Shown here: positions 52,096-62,106 of the stretch, one piece after another | How positions within the stretch are numbered: the stretch's first letter is position 1 | Layout of the letters: the number at the start of each line of letters is the position of its first letter | Source: Bacteroidales bacterium | GTDB taxonomy: Bacteria > Bacteroidota > Bacteroidia > Bacteroidales > UBA12077 | Assembly: GCA_036351015.1 (NCBI GenBank) | Contig: JAZBOG010000024.1 | Location: forward strand, 34,675 to 98,674 | Reading direction: 5' to 3' | DNA length: 64,000 nucleotides | Notes under the pieces: model-generated | Told to the model about the DNA's origin: nothing | The model's input: only the letters and a program-made list of their open reading frames with translations | Database searches by the model: none | Made by a program: the position numbers and the translations under genes

Positions 52096-53426
52096 TATTG
52101 TTTTCTTGATCTGATGATTCGACTTACTCTGGATTTTCCTAAACGGATAAAGTCAAGCAACGGAAGTCCTGCGGGGCATGTAAAAGCACATGATCCACAT
52201 TCGATACAATCCATTACTCCATTTTGCTCCAGCTTATCATTTTTCTCGAGTTGTGCAAGCTTATTTAACAAGTAGGGTTCTAGTCCCTGCGGGCACACCG
52301 AAACACATTTGGCACAACGAATACAGGTACTTTCCGGTTTTCGGACAGCCTCCTGCCGGGGAAGGATTAATATTCCTGAGGTTCCTTTCACTACGGGCAC
52401 ATCCAAGCTATTTAAGGCTTTTCCCATCATAGGCCCCCCATTAACAACTTTCCCGGTATCCCCGGGTAATCCACCGGCAGCTTCGATAAGATCTGCTACA
52501 GGAGTTCCTAATCGAACCATAAAATTGGAAGGTTTCTGAACAGATTTTCCGGTAACGGTGACCACCCGTTCGAACAGGGGCTTATGCTTTTGAACAGCTT
52601 CGTAAACGGCAAAAGCTGTCCCCACATTATGAACCACAGCCCCCACATCCAGGGGTAATCCTCCGGAAGGTACCTCCCGGTTAATTAAGGCCTTGATAAG
52701 TTGTTTTTCACCCCCTTGAGGGTATTTCACTTTTAAAGCCTGGACCTCAATCCCGGGATAATTCTTCACTAATTCTGAAAGATGCCCGATGGCATCGGGT
52801 TTATTATTTTCAATACCAATAATGGCACGATTAACACTTAATGCTTTCATTAAAATTTGTATGCCAACCAGCATTTCATCGGCTTTTTCGAGCATTAAGC
52901 GGTGATCGGATGTGAGAAATGGCTCACACTCCACACCATTAATGATTAACACATCTATTTTCTTCCCGTCAGGAACAGAAAGTTTAACATGTGAAGGGAA
53001 AGTTGCTCCCCCCAGGCCAACAATTCCTGACTGGTTGATTCGTTGAATAATTTCCTTATCGGTTAAACTGATCTCTTTTTTTAAATCGTTTGACCGATCG
53101 ATATTCTCATTCCACTCATCTCCTTCTACATCTATAATTACACATGGTCTTTTGTAACCGGTTGAATCAAGAACCTGGTCAATTTTAGTAACTGTTCCAG
53201 ATACCGAAGAGTGAATATTTGCAGACACAAACCCTGCACTTTCGGCAATAACATCTCCCACTTTAACCTTGTCGCCTTTTTGGACCACCGGTTTAGAAGG
53301 GGCACCAATATGCTGGGCTATGGGTATGGATACTGTTTTTGGGAGCGGCAGATTTTCTATCGAACTTCCGGCAGAATATTTCCCTTCTGCTGGATGAACA
53401 CCGCCTTTTGCAAATGTTTTTAACAC
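52095..53426 (-). CDS. rnfC: Rnf complex subunit C
   Basis: QHIGAP, GIVGLGGATFP, NGVECEP, YPQGGEKQL, two 4Fe-4S motifs. Confidence 0.95.
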   Translation of the reverse strand: MLKTFAKGGVHPAEGKYSAGSSIENLPLPKTVSIPIAQHIGAPSKPVVQKGDKVKVGDVIAESAGFVSANIHSSVSGTVTKIDQVLDSTGYKRPCVIIDVEGDEWNENIDRSNDLKKEISLTDKEIIQRINQSGIVGLGGATFPSHVKLSVPDGKKIDVLIINGVECEPFLTSDHRLMLEKADEMLVGIQILMKALSVNRAIIGIENNKPDAIGHLSELVKNYPGIEVQALKVKYPQGGEKQLIKALINREVPSGGLPLDVGAVVHNVGTAFAVYEAVQKHKPLFERVVTVTGKSVQKPSNFMVRLGTPVADLIEAAGGLPGDTGKVVNGGPMMGKALNSLDVPVVKGTSGILILPRQEAVRKPESTCIRCAKCVSVCPQGLEPYLLNKLAQLEKNDKLEQNGVMDCIECGSCAFTCPAGLPLLDFIRLGKSRVSRIIRSRKQ

Positions 53427-53437
53427 TTTATCCCTCC

Positions 53438-54352
53438 TTATTTATTTTGAGTTGATGAATCGTTTTCTTTAGTCTCAGATGCCTCAACCTTCTTTTCCTG
53501 CCGGGCTTCCTTTTTCTCTTCTTTTATTTTCCGGGGCGGAAAATTTATTTCCAGGATAGCCCCTGTAGGACATTCGGTAACACATTTCCTGCATAACTTA
53601 CATTTATTGGGATCAATATAGGCAAGGAAATTATCCATAGTAATCGCGTCAAAAGGACAAACCTTAACACATTTACCACATCCAATACATGCCACCTGAC
53701 ATGCTTTTCGGGCAATTCCTCCCTTATCCTGGTTAACACAGGAAACAAAGATCTTACGATCCTTTTTATTTTTCTTTCTTAGCTCGATAATATCATTTGG
53801 ACAGGCTTTTACACAAGCCCCACAGGCTGTACAATGATCATCAATTACTACCGGCAACCCGGTTTCCTCGTCCATATAAATCGCCTCAAAGTCACATGCC
53901 TCAACACAATCTCCTAATCCCAGGCAACCAAATTGACAGCCGGTTTCACCGGCATATAAAGCGGATGAAATTGCACAAGATGCCGCACCATCGTATTGAT
54001 TGATACGCTTCCGGTGTTCCGGGGATCCGGAGCACCGCACAACAGCTACCAGGGGTTCTTTGGCATCCACCTCTTTACCCAGGATCCTGGCAACGTCAGC
54101 CATCGTTTCATTTCCTCCTACCGGACAGTACAGGTCGGAAATATCATCGGCTTTCACCAGGGCCTCGGCAAACCCCCTGCATCCGGGGTAGCCACAACCA
54201 CCACAATTTGCAGCAGGGAGGGCTTCTTCAACCTGGTCGATGCGCGGGTCCTCATAAACCTTGAACTTTTGAGCTACAAAAAATAAAATAATTGCAGCTC
54301 CCGCCCCAATCGCACTAAGTGAAATAATAGTAAATAAAATGGTTGTACTCAT
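53438..54352 (-). CDS. rnfB: Rnf complex subunit B
   Basis: LPAANCGGCGYPGC and multiple ferredoxin motifs. Confidence 0.94.
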   Translation of the reverse strand: MSTTILFTIISLSAIGAGAAIILFFVAQKFKVYEDPRIDQVEEALPAANCGGCGYPGCRGFAEALVKADDISDLYCPVGGNETMADVARILGKEVDAKEPLVAVVRCSGSPEHRKRINQYDGAASCAISSALYAGETGCQFGCLGLGDCVEACDFEAIYMDEETGLPVVIDDHCTACGACVKACPNDIIELRKKNKKDRKIFVSCVNQDKGGIARKACQVACIGCGKCVKVCPFDAITMDNFLAYIDPNKCKLCRKCVTECPTGAILEINFPPRKIKEEKKEARQEKKVEASETKENDSSTQNK

Positions 54353-54363
54353 GTTTCAGATTT

Positions 54364-54786
54364 TTAATCTATTTTATGTAATGTAAATGTAAATTGTTTG
54401 CGCACTCTATCTCTTCTAAAATAGAGCAGAGTATAATAAGGAATAAGAATCCCCAGGGCTCCTACTCCTGAAATCACTTCATTTTTTGTTAAAATGCTTA
54501 GAATGATCAGGAAGGATAAAACCAGGATGAACGGGACTACATACCCTAGCCACAGGGCCTTAAAACCCAGCGATTGTCTTAGAATAACATTTACCGTTTC
54601 GCCTACCTGATACTGATCAGACTGATCAATTACATCAATTTCTTTTTCTTGCAGGTCAGCAGCAGAACATACCCCTTTAGCATGGCATGAAGCACATGCA
54701 GATTGTGCTAAAAACCTTACCTTTATTTGATTGCCGTTGATGGACTCAACACGTCCCTTATGTTCAATTGATTTTGAATCTGACAT
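54364..54786 (-). CDS. rseC: RseC/MucC family protein
   Basis: SACASCHAKGVC plus two TM helices; first gene of the rnf operon. Confidence 0.85.
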   Translation of the reverse strand: MSDSKSIEHKGRVESINGNQIKVRFLAQSACASCHAKGVCSAADLQEKEIDVIDQSDQYQVGETVNVILRQSLGFKALWLGYVVPFILVLSFLIILSILTKNEVISGVGALGILIPYYTLLYFRRDRVRKQFTFTLHKID

Positions 54787-54817
54787 CCAAATTTTTTCTC
54801 AATTTTCTAAACGAGTA

Positions 54818-54825
54818 CAAAAATA
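54818..54825 (-). promoter_or_regulatory. -7 promoter box for the rseC-rnf operon
   Basis: Minus strand TATTTTTG about 30 nt before the rseC ATG. Confidence 0.55.
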
Positions 54826-54906
54826 ATGGTATTTAAAAATTTTAAATTGCTTTTTATCAGTTTTTCGATCGTTGGCACTTATTTAGTTTGATTTTAAATA
54901 AGTTTC

Positions 54907-55725
54907 TTATTCAATCAACGAGTGTAAAGGATGTTTTAATCCTTCGTACCCAACCAACCGGGCTTTTATGGTTCCTACAATAATAGGGCTTTCGGCCCAG
55001 ACCGGAATGCGGTTTTCATCATCGGTAACCCAGAATACCAGATCCTCCCCTCCCTGAAAAACATCACCTGCCACCAGCGATCCGGTAAATTTTAAACAGT
55101 TGAATTTACCGACTCCACGTACTTTCCTCACTTCTTTTCCTTTATACCGGATAAAAACATCATGGATTTCATTATCGAGCAAAATTTTAAAAGGAATCTT
55201 TTCATTGATCTGATACCGGGAAAAATCAATATTTCGTGCCTGGTAAATCACTGAGATCACATCGTAGGTACAGGGAGGAATGGCTACAGTATCCTGAAAA
55301 TAAGGAGTTTTGGTTTTTTCTACTTCAGAATAGGCAACCATGTGATCATAATCATACCGATATTTAATATCAATTAAATAACCGTCCTCGTCCACATCAC
55401 GATGATAATATACCGGTAATAAATTATCAGGGTTAACCCAGGATTGATAAATATCGCGTACCTGGAAAAACCAGTCGTAAAAAGAAAATGTCACCCCTGT
55501 TCCCTTTAGATTCAAAACCTGCTTTCCAAACAGCTGATCCCCGGCAACTTCAAATTCTACAGCCCCCACATCGGTCCAAACTAAAAACCAGTTATAGGTA
55601 ATTACATAAGTAAGCTTTTCCCCTGGCTGAAAAGCCTGGTTACTCATGGTGCAGGGAAAATCCTGGGACCAAAGGGTTTTTGGGGTTATCAACAGGAACA
55701 AACAGATAATCAAGACTCTTTTCAT
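54907..55725 (-). CDS. DUF3108 family exported protein
   Basis: AFQPGEKLTY, FFQVRDIYQS, WVTDDENRIPV. Confidence 0.8.
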   Translation of the reverse strand: MKRVLIICLFLLITPKTLWSQDFPCTMSNQAFQPGEKLTYVITYNWFLVWTDVGAVEFEVAGDQLFGKQVLNLKGTGVTFSFYDWFFQVRDIYQSWVNPDNLLPVYYHRDVDEDGYLIDIKYRYDYDHMVAYSEVEKTKTPYFQDTVAIPPCTYDVISVIYQARNIDFSRYQINEKIPFKILLDNEIHDVFIRYKGKEVRKVRGVGKFNCLKFTGSLVAGDVFQGGEDLVFWVTDDENRIPVWAESPIIVGTIKARLVGYEGLKHPLHSLIE

Positions 55726-55770
55726 AGGGTTTCGTAACTTAGTAAATTATCAGTCGAAACAACTGATTTG

Positions 55771-57876
55771 TTAACTGATTACACTAAAATCAACTTTTTG
55801 ATAAGCCATTTTTTGGAGGCGTTTTTTCAAAATCAGGTGTTCAGGTTTACTGAGCAGTGGATCATCCTGCAAGATATTATCGCCAATATCACGAACATAC
55901 TGAATCAGCTGACCATCTTTTCCCAGGTTAGCTATTTTCAGGTCAAATGCCAGTCCGCTTTGCTGGGTTCCTTCCATATCCCCTGGACCACGCAGTTTCA
56001 GGTCAGCCTCCGCAATTTCAAAGCCATCATTGGTTTGCGTCATTATCTCAATTCTTTTCCGGGCTTCGTTAGAAAGTTTATATCCTGACATTAAAATACA
56101 ATAGGATTGGTCAGCACCACGTCCCACTCTGCCCCGGAGTTGATGTAATTGCGACAAGCCAAACCTTTCGGCACTTTCAATAACCATAACACTGGCATTG
56201 GGTATATTTACACCTACCTCAATAACAGTTGTAGCCACCATAATATGCGTTTGTCCCTTAGCAAACATATTCATGGCAATATCCTTCTCTTCGGCCTTCA
56301 TCTGCCCGTGAACTATACTTACGGCATATTTGGGCGGTGGAAAAGCCCGGGATATGCTTTCATATCCGTCCTCCAGGTCTTTATAATCCATCTTTTCCGA
56401 TTCCTTGATCAACGGATAAACGACATAAATTTGTCGCCCCTGCTCAATTTGCTGTTTCATAAAACCAAAAAGACGGAGCCGTTTCGAATCATACAGATGG
56501 ACCGTTTGAACGGGTTTGCGACCGGGAGGCAACTCATCGATAACCGAAACATCAAGGTCACCATAAATGGTCATAGAGAGGGTCCGGGGAATGGGGGTGG
56601 CTGTCATTACCAGCACATGCGGCGGATGGTGATTCTTTTTCCATAACCTGGCCCGTTGTACTACACCAAAACGATGCTGCTCATCGATTACAACCAATCC
56701 AAGATTTTTAAATTTCACCGTATCTTCGATTAATGCGTGGGTACCTATTAATATCTGCAACTCTCCACGGAGCAGTTGTTCATTGATCTCTTTTCTTTTG
56801 GCTGTTTTTGTCGAACCGGTCAACAGTTCTACATGAACAGGCAAACCATCTAGAAATGCCTGGATGGTTTCAAAATGCTGATTGGCCAATATTTCGGTAG
56901 GAGCCATAATACAGGCCTGGTAACCGTTATCAAGAGCTATGAGCATACTCATTAATGCCACCAGGGTTTTGCCGCTCCCCACATCACCCTGCAATAAGCG
57001 GTTCATCTGTTTCCCTGAACCAATATCTTTGCGAATTTCTTTTAATACCCGTTTCTGTGCCCGGGTTAATTCAAAAGGTAAATTCTTTTCATAAAACTGA
57101 TGTAGATAATCACCAACCCTGGAAAAAATAAAACCATTAAACTTATTTAACCGGATGCTTCTTTTCTGCAGAATACTAAGCTGTATATAAAACAGCTCTT
57201 CGAACTTTAACCGGTAGGTAGCTTTTTCCAGAATCTTTGCATCCTGGGGAAAATGAATATTAATAAGCGCCTCTTTTAATGAAATAAGCCCGTATTGCTG
57301 AATTAAAAAGTCGGGTAAAGTTTCACTAATCTTATCCTTAACCTGCAAAAGCAAATTATTTATCAGTTTTGCAATAGCTTTCGAGGGCAGATAATTCTTT
57401 TTTAATTTCTCGGTAGTACTATAATGGGCCTGAAGCTTGGCTTTTATCACCTTCTGATTTTTTAAGCTATCTTCGATCTCGGGATGGATAATATTATACT
57501 TCCCCCCAAAATATCCTGGTCTTCCAAATACAATATATTCCTTATTAAGCTCCAGGCTTTTCTGGATATAACTCAATCCTCTAAACCAAACCAACTCTAT
57601 GGTTCCGGTTTTATCGGTAAAATAAGCCACCAATCTTTTTTTCCGTCCTCCTCCTATTAGTTCAAATCCCAAAATTTTCCCTTTAAGCTGAATATGGGGT
57701 AACTCGGGAGTTAAATCCCTGATCTGATAAAATCTCGAGCGATCAATATACTTATAGGGGAAATAATACAAAAGATCTTCGAAGGTGTAAATTTTCAGTT
57801 CTTTATTAAGAAGTTCCGCTCTTTTAGGGCCAACACCGGTTAAAAACTTAATCTCTTGTTGTAAAAAATCAGGCAT
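55771..57876 (-). CDS. recG: ATP-dependent DNA helicase RecG
   Basis: LLQGDVGSGKT, DEQHRFG, TATPIPR, QLRGRVGRG. Confidence 0.97.
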   Translation of the reverse strand: MPDFLQQEIKFLTGVGPKRAELLNKELKIYTFEDLLYYFPYKYIDRSRFYQIRDLTPELPHIQLKGKILGFELIGGGRKKRLVAYFTDKTGTIELVWFRGLSYIQKSLELNKEYIVFGRPGYFGGKYNIIHPEIEDSLKNQKVIKAKLQAHYSTTEKLKKNYLPSKAIAKLINNLLLQVKDKISETLPDFLIQQYGLISLKEALINIHFPQDAKILEKATYRLKFEELFYIQLSILQKRSIRLNKFNGFIFSRVGDYLHQFYEKNLPFELTRAQKRVLKEIRKDIGSGKQMNRLLQGDVGSGKTLVALMSMLIALDNGYQACIMAPTEILANQHFETIQAFLDGLPVHVELLTGSTKTAKRKEINEQLLRGELQILIGTHALIEDTVKFKNLGLVVIDEQHRFGVVQRARLWKKNHHPPHVLVMTATPIPRTLSMTIYGDLDVSVIDELPPGRKPVQTVHLYDSKRLRLFGFMKQQIEQGRQIYVVYPLIKESEKMDYKDLEDGYESISRAFPPPKYAVSIVHGQMKAEEKDIAMNMFAKGQTHIMVATTVIEVGVNIPNASVMVIESAERFGLSQLHQLRGRVGRGADQSYCILMSGYKLSNEARKRIEIMTQTNDGFEIAEADLKLRGPGDMEGTQQSGLAFDLKIANLGKDGQLIQYVRDIGDNILQDDPLLSKPEHLILKKRLQKMAYQKVDFSVIS

Positions 57877-58012
57877 AGGATGTTCTGAAAAATAAACATG
57901 TTTGATATAAAATATTAAAAATACAAATCAAAAACCAGATGATAAACACCTATTATTTTTAAAATCTTATTTTTGCTACACAATAATACATTTTTTAATC
58001 CTCTAAAAAAAC

Positions 58013-58852
58013 ATGTTTCCCAAAGTAAGATATTTTTTTAAATTTCTACAATATATTCTTTTTTCCAGGCACAGCAAAGGGCATGGCATACACTCTCCGT
58101 TTGTATACAACATAGTAAGCCGGGTTTTTCAGGATAAAAGAGTTGATGATCATCTAAAACAAGTATTGAATATCCACCGGAAATATAAGAACTCATCAGC
58201 TCCTCTTGTTTTTGAGGAGATGGGAGCCGGATCGCACACAAAACCACACCGAATACCGTTGATAAAAGCAATCACTAAACAAAACCATTCCCTTGTATCA
58301 ACTACTGTTGGTAAAAATATTCGCAACTCATCGGTTTCCAGAAAATATGGCAGTCTCCTGTATAGACTGGTTAAACACTTTAAACCTGGCCATCTTCTTG
58401 AAATAGGCACTTCGCTTGGAATAAGCACCTTGTACATTGCCCAGGGAGCTCCCGGATCAGATTTTATTACGCTGGAAGGAGTGAAGGAAAAAAGAAAAAT
58501 AGCAAAAAAGCTGGCCGGGGAACTTAAATTAGAAAACATTCATTTTATGAGTGGTGATTTTGACCTTGAATTACCAAAAATACTCCGGCAAACGAAACGC
58601 TTCGATTTTATATTTTTTGATGGCAATCATACCCGTAATGCTACCCTGAACTATTTTTATGCATGTCTGGAAAATGTACATCCTGAATCCGTGTTTGTTT
58701 TTGATGATATCCACTGGTCTAAAGAGATGGAAGAAGCCTGGGATGCAATCAAAATGCATCCCCGGGTTAGGGTAAGCATTGACCTGTTCCAGGCAGGTAT
58801 TGTATTTTTTAAAAAAGAAATAACCCAAGGCCATTATACCATTAAGTTTTAA
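58013..58852 (+). CDS. Class I SAM-dependent (O-)methyltransferase
   Basis: HGIHSPFVY, LEIGTSLGISTLY, FDGNH, DDIHWS; TATTTTTG box at 57968-57975. Confidence 0.88.
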   Translation: MFPKVRYFFKFLQYILFSRHSKGHGIHSPFVYNIVSRVFQDKRVDDHLKQVLNIHRKYKNSSAPLVFEEMGAGSHTKPHRIPLIKAITKQNHSLVSTTVGKNIRNSSVSRKYGSLLYRLVKHFKPGHLLEIGTSLGISTLYIAQGAPGSDFITLEGVKEKRKIAKKLAGELKLENIHFMSGDFDLELPKILRQTKRFDFIFFDGNHTRNATLNYFYACLENVHPESVFVFDDIHWSKEMEEAWDAIKMHPRVRVSIDLFQAGIVFFKKEITQGHYTIKF

Positions 58853-58923
58853 TTAAAAATTAATTGTTTTATAAGAAGAATGATTAAATTCGTAACACTT
58901 TTTTAATCTAACAAGGGTTAACC

Positions 58924-59625
58924 ATGGATAAAATAATTGATATTAAAGATATAATAAAGTACTATTATGTAGGGGCTGAAACGATCAAAGCCTTACGCTC
59001 TGTTTCGGTTTCGATTAACCGAAACGAATATGTGGCCATCATGGGACCTTCCGGTTCGGGAAAATCAACGTTAATGAACATCCTGGGTTGTTTAGATACC
59101 CCAACGGGGGGACAATACATCCTAAACAATAAAGATGTAAGCCATTTAGATGATGATGAACTTGCCGAAATAAGAAACAAAGAGATTGGATTTGTATTCC
59201 AGACATTTAATCTATTACCCAGGTATACCGCCCTGGAAAATGTAACGCTTCCCTTGATTTATGCGGGGATTAATAAAGAAGAAAGGCAGGAGAAAGCAGA
59301 AAAAACCCTAATCAATGTGGGATTACAGGACCGGATAACCCATAAGCCCAATGAATTATCCGGGGGACAAAGGCAGAGAGTGGCTGTAGCCAGGGCACTG
59401 GTTAATAACCCATCGATTATTCTGGCCGACGAGCCCACAGGGAACCTGGACTCCAAAACATCCATGGATATTCTTAATCTTTTTAAACAAATCCATGAGA
59501 TGGGTAATACCATTATTTTAGTGACCCATGAAGAAGAGGTAGCCCGTCATGCACACCGGATTATCCGGTTAAAGGACGGAAAGATTGAATCGGATGAAAA
59601 AAATCCTGACTCTGGAAAAAAATAA
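58924..59625 (+). CDS. ABC transporter ATP-binding protein (LolD/MacB-like)
   Basis: [36 protein letters not shown]. Confidence 0.93.
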   Translation: MDKIIDIKDIIKYYYVGAETIKALRSVSVSINRNEYVAIMGPSGSGKSTLMNILGCLDTPTGGQYILNNKDVSHLDDDELAEIRNKEIGFVFQTFNLLPRYTALENVTLPLIYAGINKEERQEKAEKTLINVGLQDRITHKPNELSGGQRQRVAVARALVNNPSIILADEPTGNLDSKTSMDILNLFKQIHEMGNTIILVTHEEEVARHAHRIIRLKDGKIESDEKNPDSGKK

Positions 59626-59691
59626 TTTTAAAATAATCCTGTACAACTAAACAAAACAGGAATCATATCGTTTCTTCTAAAAAACTATACT

Positions 59692-60246
59692 ATGGACATG
59701 AAAATATATACCAAAACAGGAGATAAAGGAGAAACATCTCTTATCGGAGGGACCAGGGTTCCAAAATACCACGACAGAATTGAAGCTTATGGCACCGTAG
59801 ACGAACTTATAGCCTACATCGGGCTTATTCGTGATCAGAAAATTGACGAACACGCACGATTGACCTTAATTGAAATCCAGGACCGTCTAATGACCTGTGC
59901 TTCGATTTTAGCTACCGATTGTGACCATTGTGATGTAAAAATACCCGAAATTTATCCCACGGATATTCAAATGCTGGAGGAAGAGATTGACAACATGGAA
60001 AAAGACCTGCCCCCCCTGCGCTCCTTTATTTTACCAGGGGGACATACTACCGTATCCTTTTGTCATATCAGCCGGAATGTTTGTCGCAGAGCAGAACGAC
60101 TGGCTATTAAAGTCCAGAATCAATTTAAACACAGTGAAAAAGTCATTCAATACCTCAATCGTTTATCGGATTATTTATTTGTTTTATCCAGGAAGCTGAC
60201 TATAGACCTGTATGCCAAAGAGATACCCTGGAAGCCAAGAGTATAG
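59692..60246 (+). CDS. pduO: PduO-type ATP:cob(I)alamin adenosyltransferase
   Basis: KIYTKTGDKGET, AYGTVDE, FILPGG, RRAER, YLNRLSDYLF. Confidence 0.93.
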   Translation: MDMKIYTKTGDKGETSLIGGTRVPKYHDRIEAYGTVDELIAYIGLIRDQKIDEHARLTLIEIQDRLMTCASILATDCDHCDVKIPEIYPTDIQMLEEEIDNMEKDLPPLRSFILPGGHTTVSFCHISRNVCRRAERLAIKVQNQFKHSEKVIQYLNRLSDYLFVLSRKLTIDLYAKEIPWKPRV

Positions 60247-60255
60247 TAAAAAAAT

Positions 60256-60284
60256 TTTGTTTTTCAATATTATTTATATATTTG
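60256..60284 (+). promoter_or_regulatory. Promoter for the DUF2795 gene
   Basis: TTTG (60256-60259) and TATATTTG (60277-60284). Confidence 0.7.
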
Positions 60285-60320
60285 CACAAATTTATAGGGT
60301 ACAATTAAAACGAATTATAT

Positions 60321-60542
60321 ATGTATTGGACATTAGAATTAGCATCTAAACTGGAAGATGCACCATGGCCTGCAAGTAAGGAAGAATTAATTGATTATGC
60401 AATTCGTTCGGGAGCCCCGTTGGAAGTTATTGAGAACCTTCAGGAGATTGAGGACGAGGGAGAAATTTATGAAAGTATTGAAGACATTTGGCCAGATTAC
60501 CCGAGTAAAGATGATTTCTTTTTTAATGAAGATGAATATTAA
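60321..60542 (+). CDS. DUF2795 family small acidic protein
   Basis: MYWTLELASKLEDAPWPA...DFFFNEDEY, the conserved Bacteroidota sequence. Confidence 0.92.
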   Translation: MYWTLELASKLEDAPWPASKEELIDYAIRSGAPLEVIENLQEIEDEGEIYESIEDIWPDYPSKDDFFFNEDEY

Positions 60543-60546
60543 TGCT

Positions 60547-60578
60547 ATGGGAACCTTAAACAGTTCCCATTATTTTTT
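60547..60578 (+). terminator. Intrinsic terminator
   Basis: ATGGGAAC-N8-GTTCCCAT followed by TATTTTTT. Confidence 0.65.
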
Positions 60579-62090
60579 CCAGTAAAATATATCTGCTTTT
60601 GATTTGGGTCTTAAATTTTCAAACCAGTTAAATCCCTTCAATTTTGTTTCTTCGAGTTCTCCCGGCGGGTATAATGTACCTGTAGGTTGTTTAATCATAT
60701 TGATCCGGCTGACCTGTCCTTCCTTAAGATAGATCACCAGGTCGCTGCTTTCGGCAAAATTAACACCTACAATATCATTCTGATCCTTGGTGTAATAGAT
60801 AGACTGACCGTTACCAAACACATCCACTTTGTAAAGATGATTATTGCGGATATAGCCTTTCATCTCTTTCCCTCGGATCTGGTTATATTTGTCAGCTTCT
60901 TCCAAGGAGATGATAAGAGAACTCCCTAAAAGGTGAAAAAAATTAATTTTCTGATTTTGGGTATGAACTTTCACCAGGTCAGCAGTCATCTGGCTCCCTT
61001 CGGCCCACAAAACCGGTTCATGGTACATCGTAACCACAGAATCCTTGAAAGAATAAACCATAGAATCACACCTGGCCTGAAAATCATCCCTGTACATCTG
61101 TACTTTATGATAAGCCTTTAAAATACGATAGGTTCCCGAGGTATCGTAGTGTGATCGCAAGGTATCGGCATGCAGAAATAACGAATCGGCGGGTTCAGCT
61201 ACCTGGATAAGAACAGCACTGTCGGTTACCATGAATTTCTCAGGATCGCGGAGATAGTATGCATAATGACCCTTTAAAATCATATTTTCTGCCGTGTCAA
61301 TCATTTCGATATTATCGATAGCAATTCCGATTCCCGTAGAATCATCAAAATAGAGGCTGTCACCTACTAAGATCTTCTCTTTATTCTGATATCTGGCATT
61401 TTGCGTAAACTGAAATTTCTTTTCCTGGATCTTATACCATCCATGTTCGGCATACAGATGGTTATCCTCATTATAAATATCCGTTGGACCCAAAAAATAA
61501 GCAATCTCTGTTTCGGTATTATATTTTAACGTATCCGTATAAACGGTGTAATCGGGAGTTTCAACAACCACACTGTCCTTGAATACAAACAGGTCGTCAT
61601 TGGCATAGTAATAGCCAACAATACTTTCCAGGGTATTCTTCTCCTTGTTTACAATCTTTGCCCCCTCGAAATAGTAAGCAACACTTGTTTCGGTATTAAA
61701 ATCCAGGGAATCTGTGGTAAGCGTAGCATTTTCGTCTTTTAAAACCACATTTCGCCGAACATTCCCCACATTACTATTCCCATTGTATTTCATAAAATCA
61801 CCATAAAGATGTAAAGTATCTCCCCGGTTTAAATGAACATTGCTGTATGCATGAATAATATTTTGTTTACTATACAAATAGGCACTATCGCAATACATCT
61901 TGGCATTGTTATGTTCAAAAATAACATCCCCTAAAAAGCGACGTACCCCTTCACCAATTCGTTTACTATATTCCAATGAATTGGAATTAAGTATTTTTAT
62001 CTGCTCTTTGTTCTGAGCAAAAAGAGAAGAAATCATCATCAGCCAACAGAAGACGGCTAAAAATAAGATTTGAAACAATCGCTTACCCAT
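60570..62090 (-). CDS. OstA-like (LptA/LptD beta-jellyroll) exported protein
   Basis: MYCDSAYLY, GDTLHLYGD, repeated D-S/T-L strands; lies next to surA. Confidence 0.85.
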   Translation of the reverse strand: MGKRLFQILFLAVFCWLMMISSLFAQNKEQIKILNSNSLEYSKRIGEGVRRFLGDVIFEHNNAKMYCDSAYLYSKQNIIHAYSNVHLNRGDTLHLYGDFMKYNGNSNVGNVRRNVVLKDENATLTTDSLDFNTETSVAYYFEGAKIVNKEKNTLESIVGYYYANDDLFVFKDSVVVETPDYTVYTDTLKYNTETEIAYFLGPTDIYNEDNHLYAEHGWYKIQEKKFQFTQNARYQNKEKILVGDSLYFDDSTGIGIAIDNIEMIDTAENMILKGHYAYYLRDPEKFMVTDSAVLIQVAEPADSLFLHADTLRSHYDTSGTYRILKAYHKVQMYRDDFQARCDSMVYSFKDSVVTMYHEPVLWAEGSQMTADLVKVHTQNQKINFFHLLGSSLIISLEEADKYNQIRGKEMKGYIRNNHLYKVDVFGNGQSIYYTKDQNDIVGVNFAESSDLVIYLKEGQVSRINMIKQPTGTLYPPGELEETKLKGFNWFENLRPKSKADIFYWKK

Positions 62091-62106
62091 TAGGTTCTAG
62101 AAGTAT

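Noticed and set aside
49356-54786. rseC-rnfBCDGEA order differing from enterobacterial rsxABCDGE
   Set aside because: This is the usual Bacteroidota arrangement, so it is not novel.
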